The notes under the pieces are model-generated. The model ran no database searches. It worked only from the letters and a program-made list of their open reading frames with translations, and was not told the DNA's origin. A stretch of 58,944 nt of DNA from Candidatus Bathyarchaeota archaeon (GTDB lineage: Archaea; Thermoproteota; Bathyarchaeia; Bathyarchaeales; Bathyarchaeaceae), in NCBI GenBank assembly GCA_037386545.1, contig JARRLY010000007.1:1-58944 (forward strand), read 5' to 3'. Below are positions 40,267 to 50,693 of the stretch, piece by piece. The position numbers and the translations under genes are program-made. The first letter of the stretch is position 1; each line of letters opens with the position of its first letter.

Positions 40267-42945
40267 TTACTTATGAAAAACTATAGCCCAATCTTCTAAG
40301 CTCAAAGGTGTGGTTCCTAGCAAGCCTGTGTAAGGAACAGCAATGGATACGATCATCGATAGAGATACTGCAAGCAGTAGAAACTTGTTGGATGTGAAAC
40401 TGAGCCTGAAAGCACTTTTTGTCTCAGATCTACAGTTCCAAACTATTAGTAGTTCTCTTAGTACGGCTTGCATGAAAGCTACAGTCTGTGCATGTCCTAG
40501 ATCATAACCCCAGACAAAGTAGGCTACTGCAAAAAGTCCACCAGTACCAATGGATTGTCCAATGAAAGAGGCTAACATTGAAGCCAATCTTCCGTGAAGT
40601 ATGCCTTGTTTGGGATCTCGTGGTTTTCTACTCATCAAATCTTCCTGTGGAGGATCCATACTTAAAGCGAGGGCGGGTCCACCATCAGTGATTAAGTTTA
40701 ACCACAAAATCATTGCAGGAGTGAGAGGAAGTATAAGCTCTTCTCCACCAATAAATGGACTTAGCAATGCAAACACACCAATGACTAATAATTCGTCAAA
40801 GTTGGAACGCAACAGAAAGAACGAAAATTTACGGATGTTGTCATAGATAGCTCGTCCACCTTCAACAGCAGTAACAATTGTAGCGAAGTTGTCGTCTGCC
40901 AAAACCATGTCAGCAGCTTCTCGTGTAACGTCTGTTCCAGTGATTCCCATGGCAATACCGATGTCTGCTTGTTTGAGTGCAGGTGCGTCGTTGACTCCAT
41001 CTCCAGTCATGGCAACTATGTGGCCTTTGTCTTTGAGCGCTTTGACGATTCGAAGCTTGTGTTCAGGAGAAACACGAGCATAGACAACTGCTTTTTCAAC
41101 TATGTCTTCGAATTCGGTATCACTCATTTTGTCCAGTTCTGCACCTGTGAAAGCAAGGTCGCCTTCGTTCATTATGGTTAGTTCTTTTGCTATGGCAACT
41201 GCTGTGAGTTTATGGTCACCAGTAATCATTACAGTTTTGATACCAGCTTTCTTGCACAATTCGTTTGCACCTTTGGCTTCTTCTCTGGGCGGGTCAATCA
41301 TTCCTGCCAAGCCGATAAATACTAGGTCACTTTCTAGTTCTTCTTCATCGAATTCTTTTGCAGTGGGAGGTAATTCTTTATATGCGATTGCAAGAACACG
41401 AAGGGCTTGGTTTGCCATTTCTTCATTGGTCTTTATGATTTGTTCTTTTTCAGAAACAGACAGATTGGTTACTTTGCCATCTTTGATGATGCTTACTGAG
41501 CGTTCCAGCAACATTTCAACTGCACCCTTGACGTAAGAGACAATCTTTCCATCAGGTGTTTTGTGAACAGTGGTCATTCGTTTTCGTTCAGAGGTAAAAG
41601 GCACTTCTTGTAGACGAGTGTATTTACTGTCTAAATCAGGCTTACTCATTCCTGTTTTGCCTGCTGCAACAATTAATGCTCCTTCAGTTGTATCACCCAG
41701 AACTTTAGTTCCATCGTAAGTTGCGTTGGCACACAAAGTACTAGATTTCAACAACAAACTGAGTTCAGCTTCTTTGTTTGCATCAATTTTTTTACCGTCA
41801 ACCAAGAATTCACCTTTGGATTCATAACCTGCACCAGTAACGGCAAACATTGTATCGTTAGTGTAGATTTTGCGCACAGTCATTTCACCTTTGGTCAAAG
41901 TTCCGGTTTTGTCTGAACAGATTATGTCGGTAGCACCCAAAGTTTCCGCAGATGAAAGCCTTCGGATCAGAGCTTTACGTTTAGCAAGTTCTCTAGCACC
42001 CAAAGCCAAAGATACAGTTACAACTGCAGGCAAACCTTCAGGAACCGCAGATACAGCAAGGGCAATTGCAGTTTCAAAAGCGTTAATTAACTGATCAAGA
42101 ATTTGTTCAAAACTTCCACCTGAACCCATACCAATGATTTCATACAATTCAAGAGCAAAGATTACAGCACTAACAAGAACAATTATGATTCCTAGTTTTT
42201 TTGCAAACTTTGTTAGCTTTTGTTTGAGCGGTGTTTCGGTTTGTTCCACTGCTTGAACCATTTCAGCGACTTTGCCAAATTCGGTTTTCATTCCAGTATT
42301 AGTGATTACGGCTTTTCCTCGCCCATAGGTTAAGTGTGTTGCCATGAAAAGAGAGTTTTTACGATCAGCAACAGCAGTTTTTGGACCAAGAACTATGTCT
42401 TTTTTGCCTACAGCTGTGGATTCTCCAGTGAGAATTGCTTCATCAGTTTTCATATCCACAACTTGAAGGACACGTGCGTCTGCGGGTATTCGATCTCCAG
42501 CATCTAGGAGAACAACATCTCCGGGCACCACTTCCCTTGAGGGAATTAGTGTTTCTTTGCCATCCCTCAAGACACGAGCCTTTGGAGCCGTGAGTTGTTT
42601 CATGGCTTCCATTGCTTTTTCTGAGCGATATTCTTGAACAAATCCAACTATGGCGTTAAGAAATATTATAGCGCCGATAGTTGCAGCGTCCACGAATTCG
42701 CCTGCGTCCCGGGTTATGGCAATTATTAGTGAGACAGCCATCGCAAACAAGAGCATGATTACGAAGATGTCTTTGAATTGTCCCAAGAAAATCTGAAGTG
42801 GACTTACCTTTTTCTTTTCTAAAAGTTCGTTTGGCCCGAACTCTTTTAGGCGTCGTTCAGCTTCTTGGGTTGTCAATCCTTTTTCAGTGACTTTCAGTGA
42901 TTCTAAAAGTTCCTTTTTTTCCATCGAATGGTATTCAGGACTCAT
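40267..42945 (-). CDS. P2-type cation-transporting ATPase (Ca2+-type), C-terminus probably truncated
   Basis: TGES, VPEGLP, DKTGTLT, KGA, TGDGVNDAPA; ends abruptly at EDWAIVFHK. Confidence 0.92.
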   Translation of the reverse strand: MSPEYHSMEKKELLESLKVTEKGLTTQEAERRLKEFGPNELLEKKKVSPLQIFLGQFKDIFVIMLLFAMAVSLIIAITRDAGEFVDAATIGAIIFLNAIVGFVQEYRSEKAMEAMKQLTAPKARVLRDGKETLIPSREVVPGDVVLLDAGDRIPADARVLQVVDMKTDEAILTGESTAVGKKDIVLGPKTAVADRKNSLFMATHLTYGRGKAVITNTGMKTEFGKVAEMVQAVEQTETPLKQKLTKFAKKLGIIIVLVSAVIFALELYEIIGMGSGGSFEQILDQLINAFETAIALAVSAVPEGLPAVVTVSLALGARELAKRKALIRRLSSAETLGATDIICSDKTGTLTKGEMTVRKIYTNDTMFAVTGAGYESKGEFLVDGKKIDANKEAELSLLLKSSTLCANATYDGTKVLGDTTEGALIVAAGKTGMSKPDLDSKYTRLQEVPFTSERKRMTTVHKTPDGKIVSYVKGAVEMLLERSVSIIKDGKVTNLSVSEKEQIIKTNEEMANQALRVLAIAYKELPPTAKEFDEEELESDLVFIGLAGMIDPPREEAKGANELCKKAGIKTVMITGDHKLTAVAIAKELTIMNEGDLAFTGAELDKMSDTEFEDIVEKAVVYARVSPEHKLRIVKALKDKGHIVAMTGDGVNDAPALKQADIGIAMGITGTDVTREAADMVLADDNFATIVTAVEGGRAIYDNIRKFSFFLLRSNFDELLVIGVFALLSPFIGGEELILPLTPAMILWLNLITDGGPALALSMDPPQEDLMSRKPRDPKQGILHGRLASMLASFIGQSIGTGGLFAVAYFVWGYDLGHAQTVAFMQAVLRELLIVWNCRSETKSAFRLSFTSNKFLLLAVSLSMIVSIAVPYTGLLGTTPLSLEDWAIVFHK

Positions 42946-43159
42946 TTCAACCGCCTATTTTTCCAATCTGCAGAGTTTAGATGGAAGAAACGTGTTGTTA
43001 TTAAAAAGCGTTTCTTAGGGTATGTACAAAATTTTCTCACATTTACAGTAAATAATGAAATGTTATTCAGAACTCAACCATGTACAACAGAAAATTAGCA
43101 AACATAGTGATTTTCAATCAATATTGGGGAAAACCTTAAAGCAAACAATCCGGAACCGT

Positions 43160-45181
43160 CTAGTTGCAATTTATCTTTACTTTTATATTAACAGGCAAAA
43201 CGCCGGCTCAGAAAAAATGCAAGAAATTTCCAACGCCATCCAAGAAGGCGCCCGAGCCTTCCTGAAAGTGGAATTCAAATACCTCGGAGCATTCGTTGCA
43301 GTCATGGCAGTAATATTAACCGGGATCCCGTTGGTCGCAGACATTGGATTTAGTTATCTAATGGGAGTAGCATTCATTTTTGGTGCACTATGTTCTGGGA
43401 TTGCAGGTATTTTGGGAATGACAGTTGCCCTAAAAGCAAACGTTAGATCAGCAAACGCCGCAAAAGAAGGACTAAACAAAGCATTTCCAATAGCCTTCCG
43501 TGGAGGAGCCGTCATGGGATTAGCCGTAGTTGGATTAGCCCTCCTCGGACTTAGCGCTGTTTATGCATTAACTAATGACACTGGAATAGTTTTAGGCTTC
43601 AGCTTTGGTGCAAGTGCAATGGCACTTTTCGCCAAAATTGGAGGCGGAATCTACACCAAAACAGCTGACGTTGGCGCAGACCTAGTAGGCAAAGTAGAAC
43701 ACAACATACCTGAAGACGACCCAAGAAACCCTGGAGTAATCGCCGACAATGTTGGCGATAACGTCGGTGACGTCGCAGGTATGGGAGCAGACCTTTTTGA
43801 CTCATACGTAGCAAGCATAGTTGCAGTTATGACACTTGGAGGAGCAAAATCGATGCTTGATTTTGGTTTTAACAACATCTCATTTGAGCATGTGCCTTTG
43901 GTGTTTGCCGGATTTGGAGTTATTGCTTCAATTTTGGGAGTTGCAATAGTTCGTGTGGGCAAAAAAGGAAATCCTGGAAAAGCCCTCAACATAGGAACAT
44001 ACCTAACATGTGTAATGTTTGGTTTGTTAACCCTAGGAGCAACATATTATCTAGACATTAACATGGGTGTATGGGCAGCAGCAGTCATTGGACTAATTGG
44101 TGGAGTAATTATCGGTGTTACAACTGACTTCTTTACTTCAATAGACAAGTTTCCAGTAATCAAAACAGCTGAAGCATCCCAAACAGGTGCTGCAGTCAAC
44201 ATTATTACTGGATTTTCTTACGGATTGCTTAGTATATTCCCAGCACTATTGGGAATCGCATTTGCATCTGTGGGAGCCTATTCGATAACTGAATACTTTA
44301 TGCCCGGTGTTGAAGGAGCAGGTGTTTATGGTATCGGAATGGCAGCAGTCGGTATGCTTTCTATCGTAGGAATGATTGTTGCTGGTGATGCTTTCGGACC
44401 TATATCTGACAACGCAGGAGGAATTGCAGAACAAGCAGGACTTGATGAAGAAGTTCTAGACATTACTGCAAGCCTTGACGCAGCAGGCAACACTTCTAAG
44501 GCTATAACCAAAGGGTTTGCTATTGGTGCAGCGGGACTTACTGTAATTGCTTTACTTGCAGCTTTCCAAGAGATAGCAGCCCAAGCAACAGGTGTAAGCA
44601 TTCAGTTCAACTTGATGGACCCACTGGTCTTGACAGGTGCTCTGGTTGGTCTTGCAATACCCGCAGTATTCTCAGCAATGGTAATGCTAAGTGTAGGCAA
44701 AAACGCTTACATTATGATCGAAGAAATCCGTCGACAATTCAGAGACATCCCAGGATTGCTAGAAGGCAAAGAAGGCGTTAAAGCAGACTATGCATCATGT
44801 GTAGACATCGCCACAAAAGGAGCACTCAAAGAATTGATTGCTCCAAGTGTTTTGTCTATTGCTATCACATTGATAGTAGGTTTCATTGGAGGAATCCAAG
44901 CCCTTGGTGGATACTTAGCAGGAAGCATATTCTCAGGACTTATCTTTGCTCTATTGATGTCTAACGCTGGTGGACTTTGGGACAACGCAAAGAAATACAT
45001 TGAAGCTGGTGCATTTGGCGGCAAAGGCTCTGAACCTCACAAAGCTGCTGTAGTTGGTGACACAGTCGGTGACCCATTCAAAGACACCGCAGGACCTTCG
45101 TTGAACACGTTGATCACTGTCATGTCTTTGGTTGCTTCAGTGTTTGCACCAACAATTGCAATGTTTGCACTGCTAGCATAG
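43160..45181 (+). CDS. hppA: membrane-integral H+-pyrophosphatase (K+-independent signature); start uncertain
   Basis: [51 protein letters not shown]. The ORF-track N-terminus (43055-43159) does not look like PPase. Confidence 0.92.
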   Translation, partial: LVAIYLYFYINRQNAGSEKMQEISNAIQEGARAFLKVEFKYLGAFVAVMAVILTGIPLVADIGFSYLMGVAFIFGALCSGIAGILGMTVALKANVRSANAAKEGLNKAFPIAFRGGAVMGLAVVGLALLGLSAVYALTNDTGIVLGFSFGASAMALFAKIGGGIYTKTADVGADLVGKVEHNIPEDDPRNPGVIADNVGDNVGDVAGMGADLFDSYVASIVAVMTLGGAKSMLDFGFNNISFEHVPLVFAGFGVIASILGVAIVRVGKKGNPGKALNIGTYLTCVMFGLLTLGATYYLDINMGVWAAAVIGLIGGVIIGVTTDFFTSIDKFPVIKTAEASQTGAAVNIITGFSYGLLSIFPALLGIAFASVGAYSITEYFMPGVEGAGVYGIGMAAVGMLSIVGMIVAGDAFGPISDNAGGIAEQAGLDEEVLDITASLDAAGNTSKAITKGFAIGAAGLTVIALLAAFQEIAAQATGVSIQFNLMDPLVLTGALVGLAIPAVFSAMVMLSVGKNAYIMIEEIRRQFRDIPGLLEGKEGVKADYASCVDIATKGALKELIAPSVLSIAITLIVGFIGGIQALGGYLAGSIFSGLIFALLMSNAGGLWDNAKKYIEAGAFGGKGSEPHKAAVVGDTVGDPFKDTAGPSLNTLITVMSLVASVFAPTIAMFALLA

Positions 45182-45186
45182 AAACC

Positions 45187-45990
45187 TCAACAAAACGAGG
45201 ACTTACCGAGGAAATTCCAATCCTCGGTCACAAACTTTTCTTTTTTTAATTTTTCTGCAAGCTTTTTTTCATATTCAGTTAAGGGTTCTTGAACAAATTC
45301 TACGTTCAAGGCTTTTTCAAAGCCCGCAACTAAGGCTTTGTAGGCTTGTTGAACTGAAAAATCTGGGTTTATGTCATGTTTTACACACCCAAGTTTGCGT
45401 TTTGCAACCCCTATTACCGTGTCTAGATTGGTTGACCAAGGCACCTTAAGCAACTTGAACATAGTAGGGTAGTCTATTACAAGCAAAAAGGTGCCATGTT
45501 GCATTAAAACCCCTTTTTTGGTAGTTTGAGCGTTTCCAGAAATCTTTTTTCCAGCTACAGAAAGGTTAGGACACCGCTTCGGGTCAGGAGGATTATAATC
45601 GGCGTTGGCACCTAAGATTTTTACCGCCTCGTTCAGTCCAGTGCAAATTTTTTGGTAAGCCCCTAAAAGGTCCAAGTTTTTGCATCCAAGGTCAACTGTC
45701 TTTGCTGTTATGCTATAGGTAATTTCGCCATTCTTGTCATGATATACAGCCCCACCACCACTGATTCTTCGTACTATGTCTACGTGTTGTTTTTTGCACT
45801 CTTCAATGTTGATTTCATTTTCTATTTTTTGGAAGCGCCCAACTGAAACGGTAGAAGGATTCCACATGTAAAATCGTAAAGTGTTAGAAACCTTGTTTTG
45901 AGTTCTAGCGATAAGGATTGCCTCGTCGACTGCCATGTTTGTGTATGCATCTGCGGTTTCGAGTTTTAAAAGTCTCCAACGGTCAGACAA
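45187..45990 (-). CDS. lipoate/octanoate-protein ligase (LplA/LipM family)
   Basis: NMAVDEA, RRISGGGAVYHD, KKISGNAQ, QHGT. Start taken at TTG 45990. Confidence 0.9.
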   Translation of the reverse strand: MSDRWRLLKLETADAYTNMAVDEAILIARTQNKVSNTLRFYMWNPSTVSVGRFQKIENEINIEECKKQHVDIVRRISGGGAVYHDKNGEITYSITAKTVDLGCKNLDLLGAYQKICTGLNEAVKILGANADYNPPDPKRCPNLSVAGKKISGNAQTTKKGVLMQHGTFLLVIDYPTMFKLLKVPWSTNLDTVIGVAKRKLGCVKHDINPDFSVQQAYKALVAGFEKALNVEFVQEPLTEYEKKLAEKLKKEKFVTEDWNFLGKSSFC

Positions 45991-46260
45991 GTAGACATCC
46001 TCAGAACTAAAAACATGAAAAGAGACTATTAAAGACTGCAAAATCAAGTTTTGTACAGTACATTTTTTTCTGAAATAGGGCGATTTTTGACAATCCACCT
46101 CTATTAATATGTTCAAGGAATATAAGGAACCAATATTGTCTTGCTAGGGAATTTCAGAAAAAATATGGTTTCAACATTCAAGTGTTATTAGATACTAATA
46201 TGTTAGTTAACAGCATAAAAGCAATATTGCAAATAAGAGAAAAGTAGTTTGGGAAATTGA

Positions 46261-46569
46261 ATGCGTATTAATCCTGTTGTTTTGTTGGTTTTGGTTAATG
46301 TTTTGGTAATTGGTTTTGGTGGAGTTCTTGCGTTTTCTGATTTGAACAATCGAACTTATTCTACCATTACTCATTCAACTACACGGGTTGTTTCGGTTGA
46401 ATACGGTGTTCTTAGTTATCGTCCAACTTATCAGTACTACGACAGGGGGCCATCCCAAGTTGTGATTGTGCAGGGTTCGTGGACTTTTGATTTTTTTCAG
46501 TTTGCAATTCTTATTATGGTAATTTTTGACATCAGATGGATCTATGTTAACAAAAAAAGTTTGAATTGA
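46261..46569 (+). CDS. small 2-TM protein
   Basis: N- and C-terminal hydrophobic helices. Confidence 0.55.
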   Translation: MRINPVVLLVLVNVLVIGFGGVLAFSDLNNRTYSTITHSTTRVVSVEYGVLSYRPTYQYYDRGPSQVVIVQGSWTFDFFQFAILIMVIFDIRWIYVNKKSLN

Positions 46570-46659
46570 AAAATCAGCTTTTTTGTTGGTTTTATGACAA
46601 TAGTTAAATGCAGATACCATGTATCTTGTGCTCTATTAGGCTCAAAGGCTTAGTTTGCC

Positions 46660-47343
46660 ATGACTGTTCTAGAACAGATTTCAGACCCGTATCTTGGTTC
46701 ATTGGTTTTTGGCTTACTGTACGGGCTCACTTTTTGTGCGTCGTCTTGTCTGCCGTATATTATTAGTTACATTGCAGGAATTGGGGCAGGATTCAAGCAA
46801 GGAGTAATTGTAACCACAATCTACAATGCGGGACGAATAGTAGCCTACGCCATAATCGGAACCATTGTAGGTTTGCTCAGTGCGGTTGTGAGTGAAGATT
46901 TCTTTAGTTCATACCAACAATACAGTGCAGTTGCCTTCAGTGCAATCACAGTTTTGATTGGAGCAACCATACTAATGAAAAAACAAAACAGCAGCTGCGA
47001 CTGCAAAGAGCAAAAACCTGACAGATTCGGAATCGCAAAACTAACCGACAGATTTGACCTAAGGGCATTTTTCATGGGTTTTAGTCGAGGATTTATTTTG
47101 TGTCCTCCTTTGATTGCCCTCTTGGTTTTTGCCGCGACTTTTGGTCAGATTAACCCCACAGTTATGGCAGTTTTGTTTGGATTAGGAACAGCAATTTCCC
47201 CCCTTTTGATTCTGGGGGGAGCCACAGGTTGGCTACTAAAAAAGGCACCAATGTTCACGAAATGGTTGTCCAAAATTGGGGGAATCGCCCTTGTTCTCAT
47301 GGGACTAAGCGTGTTAATAAGTTCGTTAATCGAATTTACTTGA
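46660..47343 (+). CDS. DsbD/CcdA-like (TauE/SafE, DsbD_2) membrane protein
   Basis: About 6 TM; FCASSCLPY in TM1, YNAGRIVAY, LCPPL, FGLGT. Confidence 0.78.
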   Translation: MTVLEQISDPYLGSLVFGLLYGLTFCASSCLPYIISYIAGIGAGFKQGVIVTTIYNAGRIVAYAIIGTIVGLLSAVVSEDFFSSYQQYSAVAFSAITVLIGATILMKKQNSSCDCKEQKPDRFGIAKLTDRFDLRAFFMGFSRGFILCPPLIALLVFAATFGQINPTVMAVLFGLGTAISPLLILGGATGWLLKKAPMFTKWLSKIGGIALVLMGLSVLISSLIEFT

Positions 47344-47358
47344 AGGAATGAAAAAACC

Positions 47359-48537
47359 GTGCTAGAAATCATAGCTGAATCGTTGCTGGTAATAATTACA
47401 TTAGCTTTGATTATAGCGGGAAGTCTGGCAATTGTAATCTGGGTAAGAAACAACACTAGAAAACTAAGCACACTACGGCTGTTCGTCCAGATTGTTGCAG
47501 TTGTTTTGATTTTTCTGGGATTAATAATTGGACCCTTTGGACAAGAAAAATGGGAATACCTAGGAACAGCACCCAAAGACATCGCCATAGGCAAAGAAAT
47601 CTTTGGAAGACCCTACCCAGACGGGCTAACTGTGCCTACCTTTTCGTGTTACTACGCCTCAGGGAGAACTGCAACTTGTGTAGTCTGGCAACTGCAAAGT
47701 TATCTGTTTCCTGATTTTGGCACCAGCAGCGTTTATGCCACAACCGGAGTGGAACGTTTGGCAATAGCAGCGGGATTGCTCATAGTAATGTCCATAATTT
47801 TTGGGCGATTCCTTTGCGGATGGATATGCCCCTTCGGGTTGTACATGGATTTGCTTACACGATTACGAAAAGCTTTGAAAATCAAGCACTGGACTCTCTC
47901 CGACAGAACCAACGAAGCTTTACGACAGGCCAGATACTTGATTATTGCCGCGTTTTTGATTTTAAGCGTCATTTTAGGCATGCGAGCCATAGCAGGAGTT
48001 GAACTAATCTCAGAAACGGAACTGGGACGTTACCTTGAGATACCCTTCTGCCAAGTTTGTCCAGCAAAACCCTTGTTTGTTCTAGTAGAAGGCGCTTTGG
48101 GATTCATGGATGTAGATTACATGATGTCCCAAACTATTGGGGATTTTGCGTTGACAGGGTGGTATCTTACTTCAATTAACATTATAGTTCTCAGCGTTGT
48201 TACTGGGGGCTCATTTATGATTCGCAGATTGTGGTGCCGAATCTGCCCTTTGGGAGGGCTAATAGCGATCTTTAGCAGATTTGGGCCCTTTAAGAAAATT
48301 TCATTAATCAAACTAACCAAAGTAGAAGAAAAATGCACAAAATGCGGCATATGTAAAAGGGTGTGTCCCCCACAGGTTACAGAAGTCTACGACGAGAAAG
48401 GAGGAGACGTAACTGTTTCATCGTGCATCCTGTGCTTCAGATGCGTAGAGATGTGCCCATACGAGGATTGCCTGAAGGTGGAAGTTGCAGGCAAGCCCAT
48501 ATACAAATCCAAAAACTGGCTAAAAGAAGAAGAATGA
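47359..48537 (+). CDS. NapH/MauN-like membrane polyferredoxin
   Basis: GRFLCGWICP, FCQVCP, WCRICP, two CxxCxxCxxxCP motifs, extra Cys pair SCYY...TCVV in a loop. Confidence 0.88.
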   Translation: MLEIIAESLLVIITLALIIAGSLAIVIWVRNNTRKLSTLRLFVQIVAVVLIFLGLIIGPFGQEKWEYLGTAPKDIAIGKEIFGRPYPDGLTVPTFSCYYASGRTATCVVWQLQSYLFPDFGTSSVYATTGVERLAIAAGLLIVMSIIFGRFLCGWICPFGLYMDLLTRLRKALKIKHWTLSDRTNEALRQARYLIIAAFLILSVILGMRAIAGVELISETELGRYLEIPFCQVCPAKPLFVLVEGALGFMDVDYMMSQTIGDFALTGWYLTSINIIVLSVVTGGSFMIRRLWCRICPLGGLIAIFSRFGPFKKISLIKLTKVEEKCTKCGICKRVCPPQVTEVYDEKGGDVTVSSCILCFRCVEMCPYEDCLKVEVAGKPIYKSKNWLKEEE

Positions 48538-48547
48538 GGAAAACCAA

Positions 48548-49882
48548 ATGGCAAGTGAAATCGAAAAAGGAACAAAATACATCCCAGAGATGAGCAAATC
48601 CGAAATCGATGACTTGAACAAGTCAATGAAAACATCATCCCTGAAAGTAATTGAAGACAACATCGAAAAAATGAAAAAATCATGGAAAAACCGACCAAAA
48701 GCCATGGAATATTTCGATGAAATCTCAAACCTTTTTGGAAAACGCCAAGAAGAAATCAAAAAACAAAAAGCCGCAGGCAAAAAAGTCATCGGATACTCAT
48801 GCATTTTTGCCCCCATAGAAATGATTCTAGCAGCAGACGCCATCCCCGTTCGTGTCGGCTCGGGATGGTATGACAGCGCCAAACTGGGAGACAGAATCAT
48901 GCCAGTAGAAGTCTGCCCAGTTATCCGCTCCACCGTAGGAGCACAAATGGTTAATTTATCACCCTTTTTGGAACTAAGCGATGCAATTGTAATGCCTCTT
49001 ACATGTGACGGCAGAACCAAACTAAGCGAAATGCTCGCAGACCACAAACCGATCTGGCGCATGAACCCCCCACGAGTAAAAGACGACCCCCACACCCTGA
49101 GCATGTGGAAACAAGAAATAATGGTAATCAAAGAAAAAATTGAAAAACTAACTGGAAACAAAATTGACAGAAAAAACCTGAAAGCCGCCATCGAAAAAAT
49201 GCAACAAGCAACCAAAGCATTTCGTAGACTCCAAGACCTACGCAAAGGCAACCCTGTAATCAACGGACGAGACGCCATGCTGGTAAACCAAACCGCCCTA
49301 TGGGACGACATAGAACGCTGGACCCAAAAAGTTAACGAGCTCTGTGATGAGCTAGAAAAACGTCTGGAACAAAAAGAATACTCAACATACCCAGACACAC
49401 CAAGGGTAATGCTAACTGGAACTCCCATGATTTGGCCCGACAGCTGGAAGGTCCCAAACTTGATTGAGGAATCTGACCCTCAAGGAATTGTTGTAGTTGA
49501 CGAACAATGCTCCGGAGATAGAATCCTATACGACCCAGTAGGAGTTGATGAGTGGACCATGAGCGACATGATTGATGCTATCGGCGAGCGGTATTTAATG
49601 GCTTGTACTTGTCCTTGTTTTACTTCTGAACACGGAAACGAAGACCGAATCAACTGGATAATCGATCGAATAAAAGAATACAAAGTCGACGGCGTAATCT
49701 ACTACGTTGTTCGAGGCTGCATACTTTACGCCATGGAATACCAACGGATCAAAAATGTGCTTGATGCAATGAATATACCTGTGTATTACCTTGACACAGA
49801 ATACACCCGCGAAGACGTGGGACAAATGAAAACACGCGTTGAAGCATTTCTGGAAATGCTGGAAGCACGGATGGACATTTAA
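48548..49882 (+). CDS. 2-hydroxyacyl-CoA dehydratase-family single-chain protein, double-cubane (DCCP)-like reductase
   Basis: Six spaced Cys motifs: GYSC, EVCP, LTCDG, EQCSG, CTCPC, GCILY; C-terminal TRVEAFLEML. Confidence 0.8.
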   Translation: MASEIEKGTKYIPEMSKSEIDDLNKSMKTSSLKVIEDNIEKMKKSWKNRPKAMEYFDEISNLFGKRQEEIKKQKAAGKKVIGYSCIFAPIEMILAADAIPVRVGSGWYDSAKLGDRIMPVEVCPVIRSTVGAQMVNLSPFLELSDAIVMPLTCDGRTKLSEMLADHKPIWRMNPPRVKDDPHTLSMWKQEIMVIKEKIEKLTGNKIDRKNLKAAIEKMQQATKAFRRLQDLRKGNPVINGRDAMLVNQTALWDDIERWTQKVNELCDELEKRLEQKEYSTYPDTPRVMLTGTPMIWPDSWKVPNLIEESDPQGIVVVDEQCSGDRILYDPVGVDEWTMSDMIDAIGERYLMACTCPCFTSEHGNEDRINWIIDRIKEYKVDGVIYYVVRGCILYAMEYQRIKNVLDAMNIPVYYLDTEYTREDVGQMKTRVEAFLEMLEARMDI

Positions 49883-49895
49883 GAGGAGAATTAAA

Positions 49896-50693
49896 GTGAT
49901 AGTTTCTGCCGGAGTAGACATGGGCACCCAAAGGGTAAAAGTCGCAATAATAAAAGACAAACAAGTCGTCGGCAAAGCCCAAGAATTTGTAGGATTTGAA
50001 CCCACAAAAGCCGCCGAAAAAGCCCTAGAAGAAGCACTAAAAAGTGCTAATATTTCTCGAGAAGAACTAGAACACATAACCGCCACGGGAGCAGGAGTAG
50101 ACATGGCAACTTTCGCCGACAGCAAAGTCAGCATGATGGGAGCCGACGCAAAAGCTGGAGTATACTTTTTCAAGTCTGCCCGAACAGTGATCGACGTCGG
50201 AGCCGAAGACGCCCGAGCAGTCAAATGTGACGAATACGGAATCATGCAAGACTTCATTGTAAACGCCCGATGTGCAGCCGGTGCCGGAACTTTTATCGAA
50301 GCCATGGCACGAGCTCTGGAAGTTGAGCTGGAAGACATGGGCCCGCTGTCCTTGAAAGCAGAAAGGGCAAGCCCAATAAACGCAAGCTGCGTAATTTTTG
50401 CAGAATCAGACGTAGTTTCCCTTATTCACCGTGAAGAACCCAAAAGCGAAATTGCCCGAGCAATATTTGACGCCATGGCGGAAAGAGTTGCATCCATGGT
50501 AAAACGGTTAGGAGTAAACCCTGACATAGTTCTTGTAGGGGGAGTAGCTAAAGACGAGGGATTTGTGGCTTCTTTGAAACGGCGTCTAGGAATTGAATTA
50601 CTGATTCCTGAAGAACCCATTTATGCAGGGGCAATTGGAGCAGCTTTAGTTGCCGCAAAAAAAGCTAAACGTGCAAGGAGACGAGCACAATGA
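49896..50693 (+). CDS. ASKHA-type ATP-dependent activator, BzdP/BcrD-like
   Basis: GVDMG, ATGAG, IDVGAE, RCAAGAG, SCVIFAES, VGGVA; GTG start after GAGGAG. Confidence 0.85.
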   Translation: MIVSAGVDMGTQRVKVAIIKDKQVVGKAQEFVGFEPTKAAEKALEEALKSANISREELEHITATGAGVDMATFADSKVSMMGADAKAGVYFFKSARTVIDVGAEDARAVKCDEYGIMQDFIVNARCAAGAGTFIEAMARALEVELEDMGPLSLKAERASPINASCVIFAESDVVSLIHREEPKSEIARAIFDAMAERVASMVKRLGVNPDIVLVGGVAKDEGFVASLKRRLGIELLIPEEPIYAGAIGAALVAAKKAKRARRRAQ

